Assembly: GCA_034780895.1 (NCBI GenBank)
Contig: JAUZTB010000033.1
Coordinates: 31,778,034 to 31,842,033, forward strand
Source: Rhynchobatus australiae
Lineage: Eukaryota
DNA length: 64,000 bases
Direction of reading: 5' to 3'
Shown: one piece after another, positions 1-13,272 of the stretch
How the letters are laid out: the number at the start of each line of letters is the position of its first letter
Numbering within the stretch: the stretch's first letter is position 1
Program-made: the position numbers and the translations under genes
Notes under the pieces: generated by a model
Seen by the model: the letters and a program-made list of their open reading frames with translations, nothing else
What the model was told of the DNA's origin: nothing
The model's database searches: none

Positions 1-250
1 GTCACATGTACATCGAAACACACAGTGAAATGCATCTTTGCGTGGAGTGTCCTGGGGGCAGCCTGCAAGTGTTGCCACACTTCCATCGCCAACATAGCAT
101 GCCCACAACTTCCTAACCCGTACGTCTTTGGAATGTGGGAGGAAACCCACGCAGTCATGGGGAAAACGTACAAACTCCTTACAGACAGCGGCTGGAATTG
201 AACGCAGGTCTCTGGCGCTGTAATAGTGTTATGCTAACCACTACATTAGG
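1..250 (-). mobile_element. tRNA-derived V-SINE (subfamily with Rex1-like tail), 3' end clipped by the window edge
   Basis: Close reverse-complement match to the copies at 20771 and 41696; tRNA-like head with GTTCAATTCC B-box and the V-domain GGGTTTCCTCCCACATTCCAAAGAC. Confidence 0.85.
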
Positions 251-1082
251 GCCATAACTACAATACAAACCACTTATGACCCAACTGTAATGGAGTTTGT
301 TGGCTAACGTTACAACCTCTAATGCAGTACAAGCAGCAGCATGAACAGTAAAGCATATCCTAGAGGTATACGGTCCGCAATAAGCCACTTAGATTCTGAG
401 CTGTTCAGATTTGTCCTCCAAGGTCACCTGAAGTCTTAGCCCCTAAAAATCAGCAGTCTTCCTCCAGCCTTCCCACAGTCACTGCAGCCAAGACAGGGGT
501 AAGGGAATATTTAAGTGCAAGACATGCATTGGAATACAATATGGTGGGATGTATTTACAAATAATTGTTTTATTTCCCCCTTTTGATTATTATTTTTGGA
601 TAGTGAGCAAGTGTAAATTGTAATGGTTAGTCACAGAGTGAAAGTATGATGTGACATCTTTGGGATGGCATTCAGCAGTATCAAACCCAGATTGTTTCTT
701 CACCAACAGCCTAACAGAATGGGGTTGCATGCGGTGGTGCCTCCATTCAACTTCTCTTCCACCACCATCACCTCTTCATTCACCTGCTCATACTGAAGTT
801 CCTAAGCTGATTGTTTACAGTGTTTAGAGGTTATGCAGAATGCAGCATAATAGTATTATCCATAAGAATGACTGTGATAGGTATTGTTCTGTGCCAAAAA
901 AAAGTTAACCGAGTTCAATGAGGACAAAAATTATTCCAACTTTAAGCATTTTTCTTAACCATTGATTTGTTGAACTTTAATTAAATATTCTGAAAGAATT
1001 TACTTATTTGGAATCGCAAAAAGACAATTTCATTGCATAATAGTTGCATTTTAAATAGAATCTAGCAAATAATTGCACCCAC

Positions 1083-1163
1083 CAGAAATACCACATTAGT
1101 CTGCTGATACAGAGATCTTGCTACACTGATACGTTGACGCTGTCCGCCACTTAGGTTAATTCC
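1083..1163 (-). CDS. ABCC8: ABCC8 exon 21 (81 nt): [30 protein letters not shown] signature and start of Walker B
   Basis: Manual translation; acceptor TCGCAG|GGA, donor CTG|GTGGGT; LSGGQ. Confidence 0.97.
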
Positions 1164-2573
1164 CTGCGAAAGATCAAGACATTAAAAGCACACAACTGAA
1201 TTTAGACATTTATTGACAGCAAATAAATAACTCAGTGACGTTCATTAATACTTAATTATAATAAAATGCATACACTCTTCAATTCTGTTAATCAATTGAA
1301 TACTCAATGCTGCATGAATTATTGTAAGTTAATAATGCAAATGCCATTTCCTATCTCCTCATTTAGACACAACTGTTAAAGCTTGAGCTGAGGCACTGTA
1401 ATGATGTCAGAAATCAATGTGAGTGTGTGGAAATGTGGCCAGAAACTCCTATCTCGAGGTCATTGAAGACACCCAAACCTTATTCAGTGTCAGATATTTA
1501 CCATGAAGAGGCATGAAGCTGGTTGTTTTGGAATATAATTTGTGGTGGGATTATTGCTCAGCACAGGCTGAATACTTGTCCAAGAAAATGGAGACAAAAT
1601 TGAAAACTGCCTTTTTAACTATCGTTATTAAGGCCAATTATATAGAGATATCAACTGAAACAAGGGAACAAGTCCCCACGAATGAACAGTAATAATAGGA
1701 GTAGCCTCCTATTAAATGTTGTATATCCTGGATATTACACCCAGTCAGATGATATTATTTTCTGTAGCATTCAGATTGCTGTTGTCAACCAAATCAAACA
1801 TTACAATACTATTTTTTGGAACCCATACGGAAAACATCAACTGTCAAATTGCTGCTACCAAGAACAAAATGGAGTTCATCCCTAATGTCTTTGGAAGTGC
1901 TCCCATAAAATAACACTTCAAAATACCAGCAAACACACAGCTACTTCAATTAAAACCCCAATGTGTGTCAAGGACTGGTATGTTTACAGAATGACCTTTA
2001 ATCAGTAATTATAAGTCATTTAACTTGGGCTATCATAATAAACACATATAAAGACAGTGAAATACAGAATTATTCAAAGTATAGAGGGAAGTGGTAATGG
2101 TGGGTCAAAGTCTTGAAATTTCTATTCGTATATTTGGAAATGTAGCTCAGTTGTAACTATGTATTACAATTAAATTTCAAATGGACAATTTAAACTTAAC
2201 ATTGAAATTGTATCAAAGAGCTCACTAGATAATGAACAGAGAATGAAAGTAGGAAGTTCAGACTGAATTTTTTTTTTGCTCAGGGGAGGGATAGGGCAAA
2301 TCATAGAGTAAGAAAAAAGAGGAAGTTGCAATTACAGTTGTTAATGGTGTTTACCTTAGGATGTTGCAATCATTAGGGTACAGCAATTGGGGTGGGTGAC
2401 CTGGTCAACCACCAGAAGTTGGGCCTCATTTTATCATCAGAAGATTGACCTAAGGGCTGATTTGTGGTAAAGGAAGTAGAGTGAAGGTATCGTGTGTCAA
2501 TTGTTTTATTAAAGTCATTATGATCTTTCAACACAAAGGTATATCACCACAGAATAAACAATTCTGGTCTCTT

Positions 2574-3158
2574 ACCATAGAACAATACAGCACAATACAG
2601 GCCCTTCGGCCCACCGTGTTGTGCCGCCCATCGAACCACACCTGACACTCTTTAACTCTTTCCTCCCGCATATCCCTCTATCCCNNNNNNNNNNNNNNNN
2701 NNNNNNNNNNNNNNNNNNNNNNNNNNNNNNNNNNNNNNNNNNNNNNNNNNNNNNNNNNNNNNNNNNNNNNNNNNNNNNNNNNNNTTGTCTGCCCAGCTCT
2801 GCATCCTATCAATATCCCTCTGTAAGCTCCGACAGCCCTCCACACTATCCACAACACCACTGATCTTAGTGTCATCCGCAAACTTACTAACCCAGCCCTC
2901 CACCCCCTCATCTAAGTCATCTATAAATATAACAAAAAGTAGAGGCCCCAGAACCAATCCCTGCGGGACACCACTAGTCACAGCCCTCCAATCCGAGGGC
3001 ACTCCCTCCACCACAATCCTCTGCTTTCTACTGTCAAGCCAATTCCTAATCCGCACAGCCAAGCTTCCCTGGATCCCATGGCCCCTGACCTTCTGGAGGA
3101 GTCTACCATGAGGAACTTTATCAAACGCCTTACTAAAATTCATATAGACCACATCTAC
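2574..3158 (-). mobile_element. 5'-truncated CR1 (HER1-like) LINE: reverse transcriptase fragment and 3' tail, with an internal N gap
   Basis: Translation [10 protein letters not shown]...SGVPQG.VLGPLLF...SKFADDTK; 3' end GGGCCGAAGGGCCTGTATTGTGCTGTATTGTTCTATG. Confidence 0.92.
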
Positions 3159-3528
3159 TAGTTGGAGTCTTGTGTAAGTGATAGTAGTTTTATCCAGGTC
3201 TGTTGTAAATGTAGGTAACCAGGTAGTGTGTCACAGACAGGGTAAGTAGAAAATAAAACACAATAAATATTCCAATTTACAGTTGTTGATCTTCATGGCT
3301 ATGTTTCTGTCTTGGGATTAGGGCACATTGTGAGAATTACTCTATCTCTCTCTCTCTCAATGGGAAAGCTGAAGTTTTAGTATTTAAAATTTTTGTTCTG
3401 TTAATTAACAGGCATGGAAAAAGGAACAAAACACATTTGGACCAAAATCCTGTGTTAGGCTCCTATCTAGCCACACATATTACTGTTTAATGGAACACAA
3501 AATTAAATAATCAAAAAATCAAAGATTA

Positions 3529-3663
<135 letters not shown>

Positions 3664-4602
3664 TCACTTTATTACATCCAGTAAACTGACTCAGGGAAAG
3701 CAAACATTATAGAGCTGGCGATACTGCATTGGTTTTACTGAAGATAATATAATCAAGTAAATAGTAAGCCATGCATTAATATTTTCCACAATACTGTATT
3801 TTACCAAAGTAAAAGAAAACAAATGGCTGAGATATTATCATTACAAGACAGTAATCAACTTCCATAACATTTTTAGGCTAAGACAGATCACAAACAATTA
3901 TCACATCATACCACGACACTAACAAGCTATTTTATAGTTTAGTTACTCTACATATTTGCAGCAATTTCATCTCTGAACTTACTCTGATGTGATCAGTCTA
4001 AAGTAACTCATTTGGGGTGTTACACAGTTTAAATGCTACACTAGCTACAATAAAAACAAATACAATGTGAAANNNNNNNNNNNNNNNNNNNNNNNNNNNN
4101 ACCTTTTAAACAATATTTTCTGAAAGGCTGGAAAAAAGCTGGCTGACTTAGTGACGTGGCTATTTCGTAATAACATTTATTTAGCATTCCACTTGGCTAA
4201 ACAGTAGCACGAAGATGACCATATGCAGTGCCCTGGAGAATGCTGCCAATACCCCTGAAATTACAAAGCAGATAGAATTTGAGATCACTTGTTCTTTTCT
4301 TGTAACCTGCCTCAAGCCCAAGGACAGACCAACACAACTGACTGGATGAATAGAACTGTCATCCCATAGCCAATTAGAGCTCAGTCACTGAATCAGTACA
4401 AGACATATTTGAGGAATACTATTCTGTGGCCATTACCCAATTAGAAGAAAATTGTGGGTGGCTTTAATTCAACTTGGACATTTGTCACCAGTGAGAAGAG
4501 TTAATATGCAATGGAAGGTTTCCATCTTCTGTGTTTGCCAACCACTTAAGTATTGAATTATTTCAATTCTTCATTTTAGGACTGTCTTCGGATATTTTGA
4601 AT

Positions 4603-5330
4603 AAGAATCAGGTTTATTATCATTGACTTATGTTGTGAATGTTGTTGTTTTGCAGCAAGNNNNNNNNNNNNNNNNNNNNNNNNNNNNNNNNNNNNNNNNN
4701 NNNNNNNNNNNNNNNNNNNNNNNNNNNNNNNNNNNNNNNNNNNNNNNNNNNNNNNNNNNATAGGAGCAGGAGAAGGCCTGCTATGCTAAGGAACAAGATC
4801 TTCCAGATCAAAACCACTTTCCTGCTCTATTCCCATATCCCTCCATTCCTCTTAATATCCAGACATCTATTGATCTCTGTTCTGAATGTAATCAATGTCT
4901 GGAAATTTCAAAGATTCATCACCCTCATAGTAAAGATATTCCTTCTCATCCAGGGCAAATAGCTTCCACTTATCCACCCTGTGAAACACCTCCAAGGATC
5001 ATGTTCAGTGAGGTTGCCTCTCTTAGTTCATTCTAAATTCTACAGGATAGAGGCCTGACCCATTCAGTCTTCTGCCATTCCAGAAACCAATTTAATGATC
5101 TTTTTTTCCTGCAACCTCTCTGTAAATACTTTGAGGCAGGGCACCAAAACTGTCCCACAATATTCCAGGTGTGGTCTCACCAAGGTCTGATAAAATTGTA
5201 GCATGACATCCATCTCTTAGAATCAAATCCTCTTGCAATAAAGGCCAACATACTATTTGCCTGCTGCACTTTCAGTGACTTATGGACATAGATATCCAAG
5301 TCCCTTTGAGCATGAAAAATTCACAATCGT
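4603..5330 (-). mobile_element. Rex1-type 3' tail stub (4603-4659) and, after a gap, an old CR1 3' fragment (4760-5330)
   Basis: AGAATCAGGTTTATTATCA tail shared with 8977 and 63163; CR1 motifs TAGGAGCAGGAG.AGGCC and AATATTCCAGGTGTGGTCTCACC. Confidence 0.65.
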
Positions 5331-7119
5331 CTACAGTATCTATGAAACTTTTAATTATTGGAACTTGGGGAGGGTGAGGGCAATCTACAACAGGAAGTAC
5401 AAGAGGGATTAATTGGATCATTTTTCAAAGAGAGCAAAAAAAAAAGAGATCCTCTCACACCGGAGAATTCCAGAACGAGGCAAGTGTTTCCAACATGGTG
5501 TTTCATAATAATACAGCAACTCCAGCAGTGAAACATTCACTGAGTTGCAATGACATGTATGCCTAGATTTATTTTGTGTTCATTATCCATGGAGTGGGAC
5601 TTGAATTCATATAATTTGGACCTGAACATGAGAGTACCACCAAATGAGCCATACGTGATGGTCTACACACAGCTGCTTACCCATAGGGCAACTCGGCTTC
5701 CTCAGAAGCAATGGCTAATCCCCATAACAACATAATCCAGAAATTGCTAGAAGGTGCTCAACAAGAGACATTTCCCTCATCACCTACACAATATTAATAA
5801 ACTTCCTTGAGCTATACAAATCTGTCAAACCTTGCAGACAAGTATTATACATGCAACTTGTGCTTCCGAATAGATGACAAGATAACAAGGCACAGACCAA
5901 ATGAATTGAGGTGCTTCAAGATGTGGAATATCCAGAGGTGCATAATCTGATACCTGGTTATAGTGGTGGGTGGGGCAATGAAAATCATCTAAAATCCAGA
6001 AAAAGACTGTTAGGTCAATTTGGAGCTCTCTGTGCTGAACACAAGTCTTGTACAACAATGTCAACACACCACCTTCCCACAGCGTAAATGGAACAGAAGA
6101 AATTATTATAAAGGAACAAAGTGCTGTCAGCTTCTAAAGATTGGTTTTGAGTTGTCGATACTGCAAAGAGATCATCACTCAGTTGCAAAACAGTGTGAAT
6201 GATTTATGAGGTTCATCAGACAAGTAAAATAACTTCTTTATATCAACCAGCAGTGCCTCTTGTGAAATTCCATTTATAATCAACATTTTTGCTATCTGAA
6301 TGCAAAGAGAAAACAACTACTGCATTTTAAACAGATGACTTAAGATGCCAGCTTGGGGAGATATTCCTTTCTGTTAAAGCAAAGAAGAATGCCTTTTCCT
6401 TTGTAATTAATAACTGGATGATAAAAGCTTGCATTTCAAATCATAAAATCCTACAATTTCTTGAACATAGTTAATTACTGAGCAAAATAGGCATTCACAC
6501 ATTTTGTATTTAAACAGTACTCTTCTGACCCCTGACCTTTAATATTACACATGCTAAGATTTTTGCATCAGGAGCTCTAATATTTGCCACATGTATTTGC
6601 TTCATGGTGAATGGAGGTTGTCAGATATTTTAGCCCCAGCGTCAGTTTTGTCTACCTACAAAGATCATTAACTGCTTCATCTGTATGACATGTCAACGTG
6701 CAGAGAATAAATATAACTGAATAAATTGGTGCCACGTCACTGAACTTCGCAGCTCAGCAACAATTCAATGATTAAGGCTAACGGGCAGAGATTGCTATGT
6801 TGAGGAGTAAATACAGTATACAAGATCCACTTAGAAAAAGCAGCACAGATCAGATGAAAATGCATCACAACATAAAGGGATAGTTAGTAGTGAAAGCTAG
6901 AATTGCTGTGATGCTAAATAGATGCTCTCCAACTCCAGCTTGTATACAGTTGCTGGAGCAGTACAGACTCACTTGCCATTCTACATGACCACCAAGAAAC
7001 ATTTAGAGTGGTGCTTATACTGAAAGTCATACTTAAAACAAGGTCCTGCAAGCAGCTGTGTAATAATCACCAGCTAATTTGCTTTAACGATCCTGGTGGA
7101 GTTATGACAAGTAGCCACA

Positions 7120-7260
7120 ATACCAGAGAGAACTCCCATGCTCCTCTTCAGAATAATGCAGGAGTCTGAGAGAGACCAGAGATCAGTTTAACTTCACATC
7201 GGAAAGTACTTCTATGGTGCTGTTTGGGGCGTTTGTCTTGATTTTCTAATCAAGGATGAC
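7120..7260 (-). mobile_element. Decayed DeuSINE (SacSINE1/AmnSINE1-like) core remnant
   Basis: AACTCCCATGCTCCTCTTCAGAATAATGC...TTTAACTTCACATCGGAAAG resembles the reverse of the recalled Deu-domain consensus; other possible pieces at about 5585-5655 and 45690-45775. Confidence 0.5.
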
Positions 7261-7984
7261 ACTCCAAACATATAGAATTCCAAAAGGGTAGGACTGTAGA
7301 GGCAGAGTAGAAAGGTTAAACTTCAGATTGATGATAGCTGAGGAGCTTGCTAAGTAGCAAGGAGCTGTGGTTTGTTATGTGAAAATCAGTCCAAATTGTC
7401 AACCTCTTTGATTAATCCATCTTTCAGTGCACTCCCACTCTTAACAGAATTGTAGTTTACATGAGCTAATGTTTTGATAAGGAGCATCAGCAAAAAATGT
7501 TCCATCAAGGTTAACATGGGCCTGTTTCCTGATCTTCCTGGAAGGACCTTCAGCACAGTAGACAGGTCTGTGGTTTCAAAATTAAAATGAAAAATAGGTT
7601 TTCAATTTAAAAGTTAGTCCACATACTTCTCCTTTCCCTCTGATAACAAATAAGAAAAATAAAGGTTGTCTCCGTGTCAGGATCCAGTGAGTCCGCATCC
7701 AATGACAATAGTCAAGGTCTTTGTCACTTGGCAAGAACTACCCAAGTATTAATAGAAGCACTTGGGGAAGCTCAGGACACTGAATGAAAAATATTGAGGT
7801 TCATTCTTTTTTATGTCACAGAAAGTTCCACACACTTTTCTGTGTGTAGTTTTATAATCATTTATATTTGTGGTTAGTAATGTATAATTTACTTTCTCCA
7901 AAGTCAGGTGAGATCNNNNNNNNNNATCACACGTAATTGGTAGATTAAAGAAGTGAAAATACCTTCTTCGGAGCAAGGAATCTG

Positions 7985-8430
7985 TAAAATCTAACCCTTT
8001 TCCTCTGGGGGTGGTGGGAGCAGAGCCTTTGCATGTATTTAAGGTAGAGGTAGATAGACTCATTGCAAGTAAAACAATGCAGGAAGATCGGAATGTGGAG
8101 TCAAGGTCAACTATAATCTCATTCAATGGCAGATTAATTTTAAGGGGCTGAGGGGCCTACTCCTGCTGATAACTCTCATGTCTGTATATTCTTAGAATCC
8201 AAAATTTACATGCAAAAGGAGGCCATTCATCCCATCATGTTAATACTGAACAGAGCACTGGAGGCTAATCATGTTTTCCTGCAGTTAGTCTTTTGTTCCA
8301 TAGCTTCCAACTCATGAGGTACTTTCTGCCCCAACAACCTTTTCTGCAATGTGTTCCAGTGAATTTTCTTTTCTCAAATCCCCTCTAATTCACCTTCTGC
8401 TTACCTGAGGTTTATGTCCCCTTGTTGTCA
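7985..8430. mobile_element. Two old CR1 3' fragments, tail-to-tail
   Basis: Plus strand GTATTTAAGGTAGAGGTAGATAGA...GGGGCTGA..GGCCTACTCCTGCT, then a reverse-oriented GGAGGCCATTCATCCCATC. Confidence 0.6.
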
Positions 8431-8431
8431 T

Positions 8432-8625
8432 TGGTATTGGTATTAGTGTTGGTTTATTATTGTCACTTGTACCGACATACAGTGAAAAACTTGTCTTGCA
8501 TATCGATCATACAGGTCAATTCAATACACAGTGCAGATACATTGGGTTAGTACAGAGTGTGTTGAGATAGTACAGGTAAAAGCAATAACAGTACAGAGTA
8601 AAGTGTCAACAGAGTAAAGTGTGTA
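8432..8625 (-). mobile_element. Rex1/Babar-type LINE 3' UTR fragment
   Basis: GGTATT repeats plus GGTTTATTATTGTCAC.TGTACC, the same tail that is attached to a Rex1 ORF end at 50335-50722. Confidence 0.7.
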
Positions 8626-8976
8626 ATTACCTCTTATTCCAACCTCAGTAAATACCCATGGTCAGAGTCATTAAGTAGATAGGTTTCTCCCAGCTGGATC
8701 TCCATCAGCAAGAAGGAACCACCTTGAAGTGAACCACCAGCAAGAAGTGCCCAGTGCCAAAACTCCCTCTATGATTGTCACTGCAGCAGCAGAACACGGC
8801 TGAGTATTTTAAGAGATGGAATAATCCCATTCAGTGAGGTCTCAACCAGGAGACCATTGGCAGGGGCTGAACTCTAAGTGGAGGCCTCAATCAGGCCCCC
8901 ACCCTGCATTTCCTAATGGACCCCTCTTGAACTTTCATAAGCATGCTGCAGGCAAGGAATGGGCAGCCTACGTTCC

Positions 8977-9870
8977 AGAATCAGAATTAGGTTTATTATC
9001 ACTGACACACGTCATGAAATTTGTTGTTTTGTGGCAGCAGAATAGTGCAAGATATAAACATCACCTTGTCACCAAATAAATAAATAGATGGTGTAAAAGA
9101 GGAAAAACAAATTCATAGGTTCATGTACTGTTCAGAAATCTGATGGCAGAGGGGAAAGAACTGTTGCTGAAATTTTGAGTGTGATTCTTCAGGCTCCTGT
9201 ACCTCCTCCCCGATGGTAATAATGAGAAGAATGCATGAGCCAGGTGGTGAGAGTCCTTAATGATGGATGCTGCCTCTTGAGTCACCGCGTCTTGAAGATG
9301 TCCTCAATGGTGGGGAGGGTTTACCCATGATGGAGCTGGCTGAGTCTACAACCCTCTGCAGCCTCTTTCAATCCTGCACATTGGAGCCTCCATACCAGGT
9401 GATGATGCAACCAGTCAGAATGCTCTCCACCGTACATCTGTAGAAATTTGCAAGAATCTTTGGTGACACACCAAATCTCCTCAAACTCCTAATGAAGTAG
9501 AGCTGCTGATGTGCCTTCTTCATGATTGCATCAATGTATTGGGCCCGAGACAGATCTTCTGAGATGTTGACAACCAGGAACTTGAAGCTGCTCACTCTTT
9601 CCACCACTGACCCTTCAAATGAAGACTGGTGTGTGTTCTCCTGACTTCCCCTTCCTGAAGTCCACCATCAACTCCTTTGTCTTGCTGACATTGAGTACGA
9701 GGTGACACAACTCAATCAGCTGATCTATCTCACTCCTGTACGCCTCCGCATCGCCATCTGAGATTCTGTCAACAACAGTAGTGTCATCAGCAAATTTATA
9801 GATGGCGTTTGAGCTGTGCCTAGCCACACGGGCATGAGAGTAGAGCAGTAGGCTAAGCATGAATCCTTGA
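8977..9870 (-). mobile_element. 5'-truncated Rex1/Babar-clade LINE with decayed RT C-terminus and 3' UTR
   Basis: IYKFADDTTVV, LNVSKTKELMVDFRK, SFKFL.VNISEDLS and NFYRCTVESILTGCIITWYG; tail (GATTCT)n. Confidence 0.9.
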
Positions 9871-10358
9871 ATTCCTCCTCCCCATGTGTCTACCTTGAGG
9901 AAAAACGATACTATCAAACCACTTAAGACCCTACTTATAACAGCAAATAGAAAACAACACCTGTCATGGACTGTAAAACATTGCTACCTTGGTGAGATAA
10001 TTGGTTACAGAACCATTAAAATGCTGGAGATATTGATGGCCATATGGCTCTGTTTGATATGACTGTGCAAACTCCATAAAGGTGTTACTTATGTACCATT
10101 TGTGAAGCATAATGCACCTTTATGACCCAATCTGTCCACAGAGCATTAAAACTTTAATAGCATTGGCTCATTACTGTCTCTCCTCGGAGGAAGTATGCAT
10201 AAATTATTGGTTAAACTGTGAAGACTGCATGATAAAAATGAGTATAAAACAAGCATGTGGACATCCCAGAGAGCTTCACATCACTAATGCCAGTTCTGAA
10301 TTCAGCCCGTTTCTGCTTCCGGCTACCTATCTATTGCACCCTTACACAAAGTTATCAC

Positions 10359-10457
10359 CTTTGTTTGTTGAAAGGATTTCCAAATGTGATGTTCTCCTCC
10401 ACTGTTGTGTTTAACAACCAAGGCTTCTGAGCAGCATAGGCCACAGATCCTCTTCTC
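10359..10457 (-). CDS. ABCC8: ABCC8 exon 19 (99 nt): (R)[32 protein letters not shown](R), Q-loop
   Basis: Manual translation; acceptor TTGTAG|G, donor AG|GTGATA. Confidence 0.96.
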
Positions 10458-11453
10458 CTACAATATAACAAAGTGTATAAAATATACGCGTGTGTTTAAG
10501 TTATTCTGATAATAAACAATATTATATATTTAGAAGATAAATTTGGTGCAAAGACCTGTCTCCCCAGTGTCCTGTTTAATAACGTTACATTACAATACAA
10601 CATATGGATATCTAAAGAGAGACTGTGGTGCATTTTTGCACATGGATTCCAAACCTCCAGAGATATTCTTAGGAAGATTTTTATTCTCATTCAGGTCTTG
10701 TATCTCTGTGCTTAGAATTGCCAGTACTTGTAAGTACCATGACAGTTCATCAGGAGCAGATAAAGCACAATCGATGTATTATGAAAATCTTTTATCCAAA
10801 AATACTTTCAATAATGATGCAAAATTAAATTCATATAGTTATGGTAGTTGTTTAATTACCAATACATTATAGAAATGTAAAAGATTTCCACCTAAAGAAA
10901 TTTGCTCACAACTTTAATGAGGCTTTGGGATTTTACAACTGTCAAATTTGATATTAAATATTTTTACCTCCTATGAGTATTAATCAGGTATAATCACTCA
11001 GCCAGATGGTGCACACCTCTGTCTTTTACAAAATGGACATGTAGTGCTAATTTTAATCTAATTCCTCTGTACTTTTAGTTTTGGGCTCCACAGAAAAAAA
11101 GTCATCAAGAAGTAAACCTATTGCATGAAATAGTGAGGCTAAAATATGATTATTAAGCAAATTTTAGCCTTAGAGTTTCAAAAGAGATTTCACTGGTTTA
11201 TAAAAGAAGTTCTCAATGAAGAAATCTTATTGTTGCACTACATAAATTCAGTAAAATAATTCACTGTTATATTTTAGTATTAAACAATACACAGCAATGT
11301 TGCACAGATCACAAATAACTTAAAGATATTATATGGTTATCACATGGAATACATATAAGGGCTAGTGATGTTCTACCTCATAAATATTAATGACAGGCTT
11401 GTAAGTGGAGGATACAAAGATAGCACCAGAAAACAGCATGTGCAACCCAAGCC

Positions 11454-11703
11454 GGACTGCCAACTCTGGTTGAACTTTCCTGAGATTACAAAACACGTAC
11501 TCCTACTTCCAACTACCCTGCCTCCACACTTCTATAAATTGGCCATCTGACATGTCCACTCTGGCAACACACTGCCTTCTCGTGCCAATCAGAAAACCAA
11601 CAGGCTCTTAATTACCTGCTGGATAATATTACCTTTTCATTCCATCGCCAATAATTTTTAAACAAATGTATGGCCACAGGTCAATTCTGAGTTGGCAACC
11701 ATA
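11454..11703. mobile_element. Small non-autonomous DNA transposon (MITE) with hAT-Blackjack-like TIRs
   Basis: Inverted termini TGCCAACTC ... GAGTTGGCA(ACCATA), about 250 bp apart. Confidence 0.55.
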
Positions 11704-11818
11704 AACCCAGGAGACACACTCAACACAGTTTGCTAATATTTTGTAACTGTGAAACAACACCGGGAACTAGGGCAAGGTAACAGCTTTCCAGTGATGGGGA
11801 AAGAATGACTTGATGTAC

Positions 11819-11854
11819 CTCACTTCAACATCAACAGCTGTGTCCTCCTCGGTA
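11819..11854 (-). CDS. ABCC8: ABCC8 exon 18 (36 nt; 39 nt, to 11857, with the upstream CAG): (S)TEEDTAVDVEV(R)
   Basis: Acceptor TTGCAGCAG|T, donor AG|GTACAT; phase 2-2; aligns to human PERETATDLDIR. Confidence 0.85.
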
Positions 11855-12889
11855 CTGCTGCAATATTTTAAACAGAAAGAGGATAAAGTATTATGTCTGT
11901 TTAGTATAGCGTAGCATCCATTAATTCAGATCATTCTCTGAAATCTGGAGACACAAATGGAAAATGCAGGAAATACACAGCAGGTCATTCAGAATCTGCA
12001 TCTTTCAACAGAATGAGAACAACTTCCATGCAGTTTTTATGTAGTTTTCTGATCTGTTTACAGATTGTCGGTCATACTCATTAGCTGACTCTTCTAAGAA
12101 ATTATCAGAATGATATCATCACTTCTTGTTCTCCGTTCTGTTTTGGGAAAAAAAGATGAAAGATCCCAATCAAAACATTAATCCATGTTTCTATTTCTAA
12201 TTTCCATGGCTTTTGTTGTTGATTTCCATCACTGCAGTTTGTTCTTTTGCCCCTCAATACAATGCAGGCTGTGGCTTTGCAGAAATGGTAAGGCTATTCT
12301 AGAACATTTTACCAGGATGTTTTGCCAGCAGAAGTTTTTGATGCTTTTGTTATGAAAATTTTGAAGGATGTATGTTAAATATATATTACAGATGTCATAA
12401 AGTTTTTCTAACATTGGTCAATACTTGGTATTTCCTTCCGACAAGGGTGGAGGAAAGTGATTACATTATTATAAGCACAAGCTGAATTAGCTTGAGTCAA
12501 TTGAGTTTTGTAAGAAAACTGCATGGAAAATATTAAGGAGGCTAAGATTAAAATGTTAGAAGTTTTATAGACAAAAATACTTTATTATTGAATTCATTTC
12601 CTTCAACAGATTCATTCTATTCCTACTGCTTAGGTTTATTAAAAATCATCCAATCAAAGTTCATCCTTTGAAATAATAAACTTGGCAGTGCACAATGATT
12701 GATCATGTTATCATGACAGAACCACATTTTATTTTATGGTGACGCATTTTACAATAAAGAATGCGGTCAGTAGCTGGCCAAATGAAATTCCACTATTTTT
12801 TGCTGATTTTTATCACTGCAGTTTCCCTTGCACAGGGTGAAGGATCCAGCTTCACACAGCTGGTAATCCTGCTCCAGAATATTTTTTTT

Positions 12890-13125
12890 AACGGAGCATT
12901 TACAATGATATTTGTAAACATGCCATCAAGATGAGTCAAAATGTTAAAGCCAGTAGATTATGGAGAGATTGAGATGGATGAGTTGGATGAATTCATGGAG
13001 CACTCCACAGGTATACAAGTGAGAAAAAATATAGAAGCATGAAGTCACTGCCTCCTCAGGTCTGGGGCAATTAGATATGAACAACAAATGCCATTATCGC
13101 CAGTTATGTCCCATGAATGAATAAG
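12890..13125 (+). mobile_element. Decayed SINE/LINE 3' end with GGGCAATTAG...CCCATGAATGAATAA tail
   Basis: Tail shared with the LINE at 26050-26555. Confidence 0.5.
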
Positions 13126-13239
13126 TTAAAAATAGATGAGGAGAATCCTGTTTTTCTAACTCTTGACTTGGAACTGAACAATGCAAAGCTGAAGGAAATA
13201 TGAATAGTTAAGTGTAGTGAGCAGTTCTGGAAACCATAC

Positions 13240-13272
13240 CTGCCTTCTTCTGTCAATTCACCATCTGAACTT
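13240..13272 (-). CDS. ABCC8: ABCC8 exon 17 (33 nt): (R)SSDGELTEEG(S)
   Basis: Pyrimidine tract plus TTCCAG|A, donor AG|GTATGG; phase 2-2; 33 nt and acidic like human SLPDSEIGEDPS. Confidence 0.82.

Noticed and set aside
2652-3152. Reverse transcriptase ORFs (also 9368-9917 and 37244-38915) as a possible retron, DGR or domesticated RT
   Set aside because: They carry standard CR1 or Rex1 motifs, are 5'-truncated or frameshifted, and end in LINE tails. They are ordinary dead retrotransposons.
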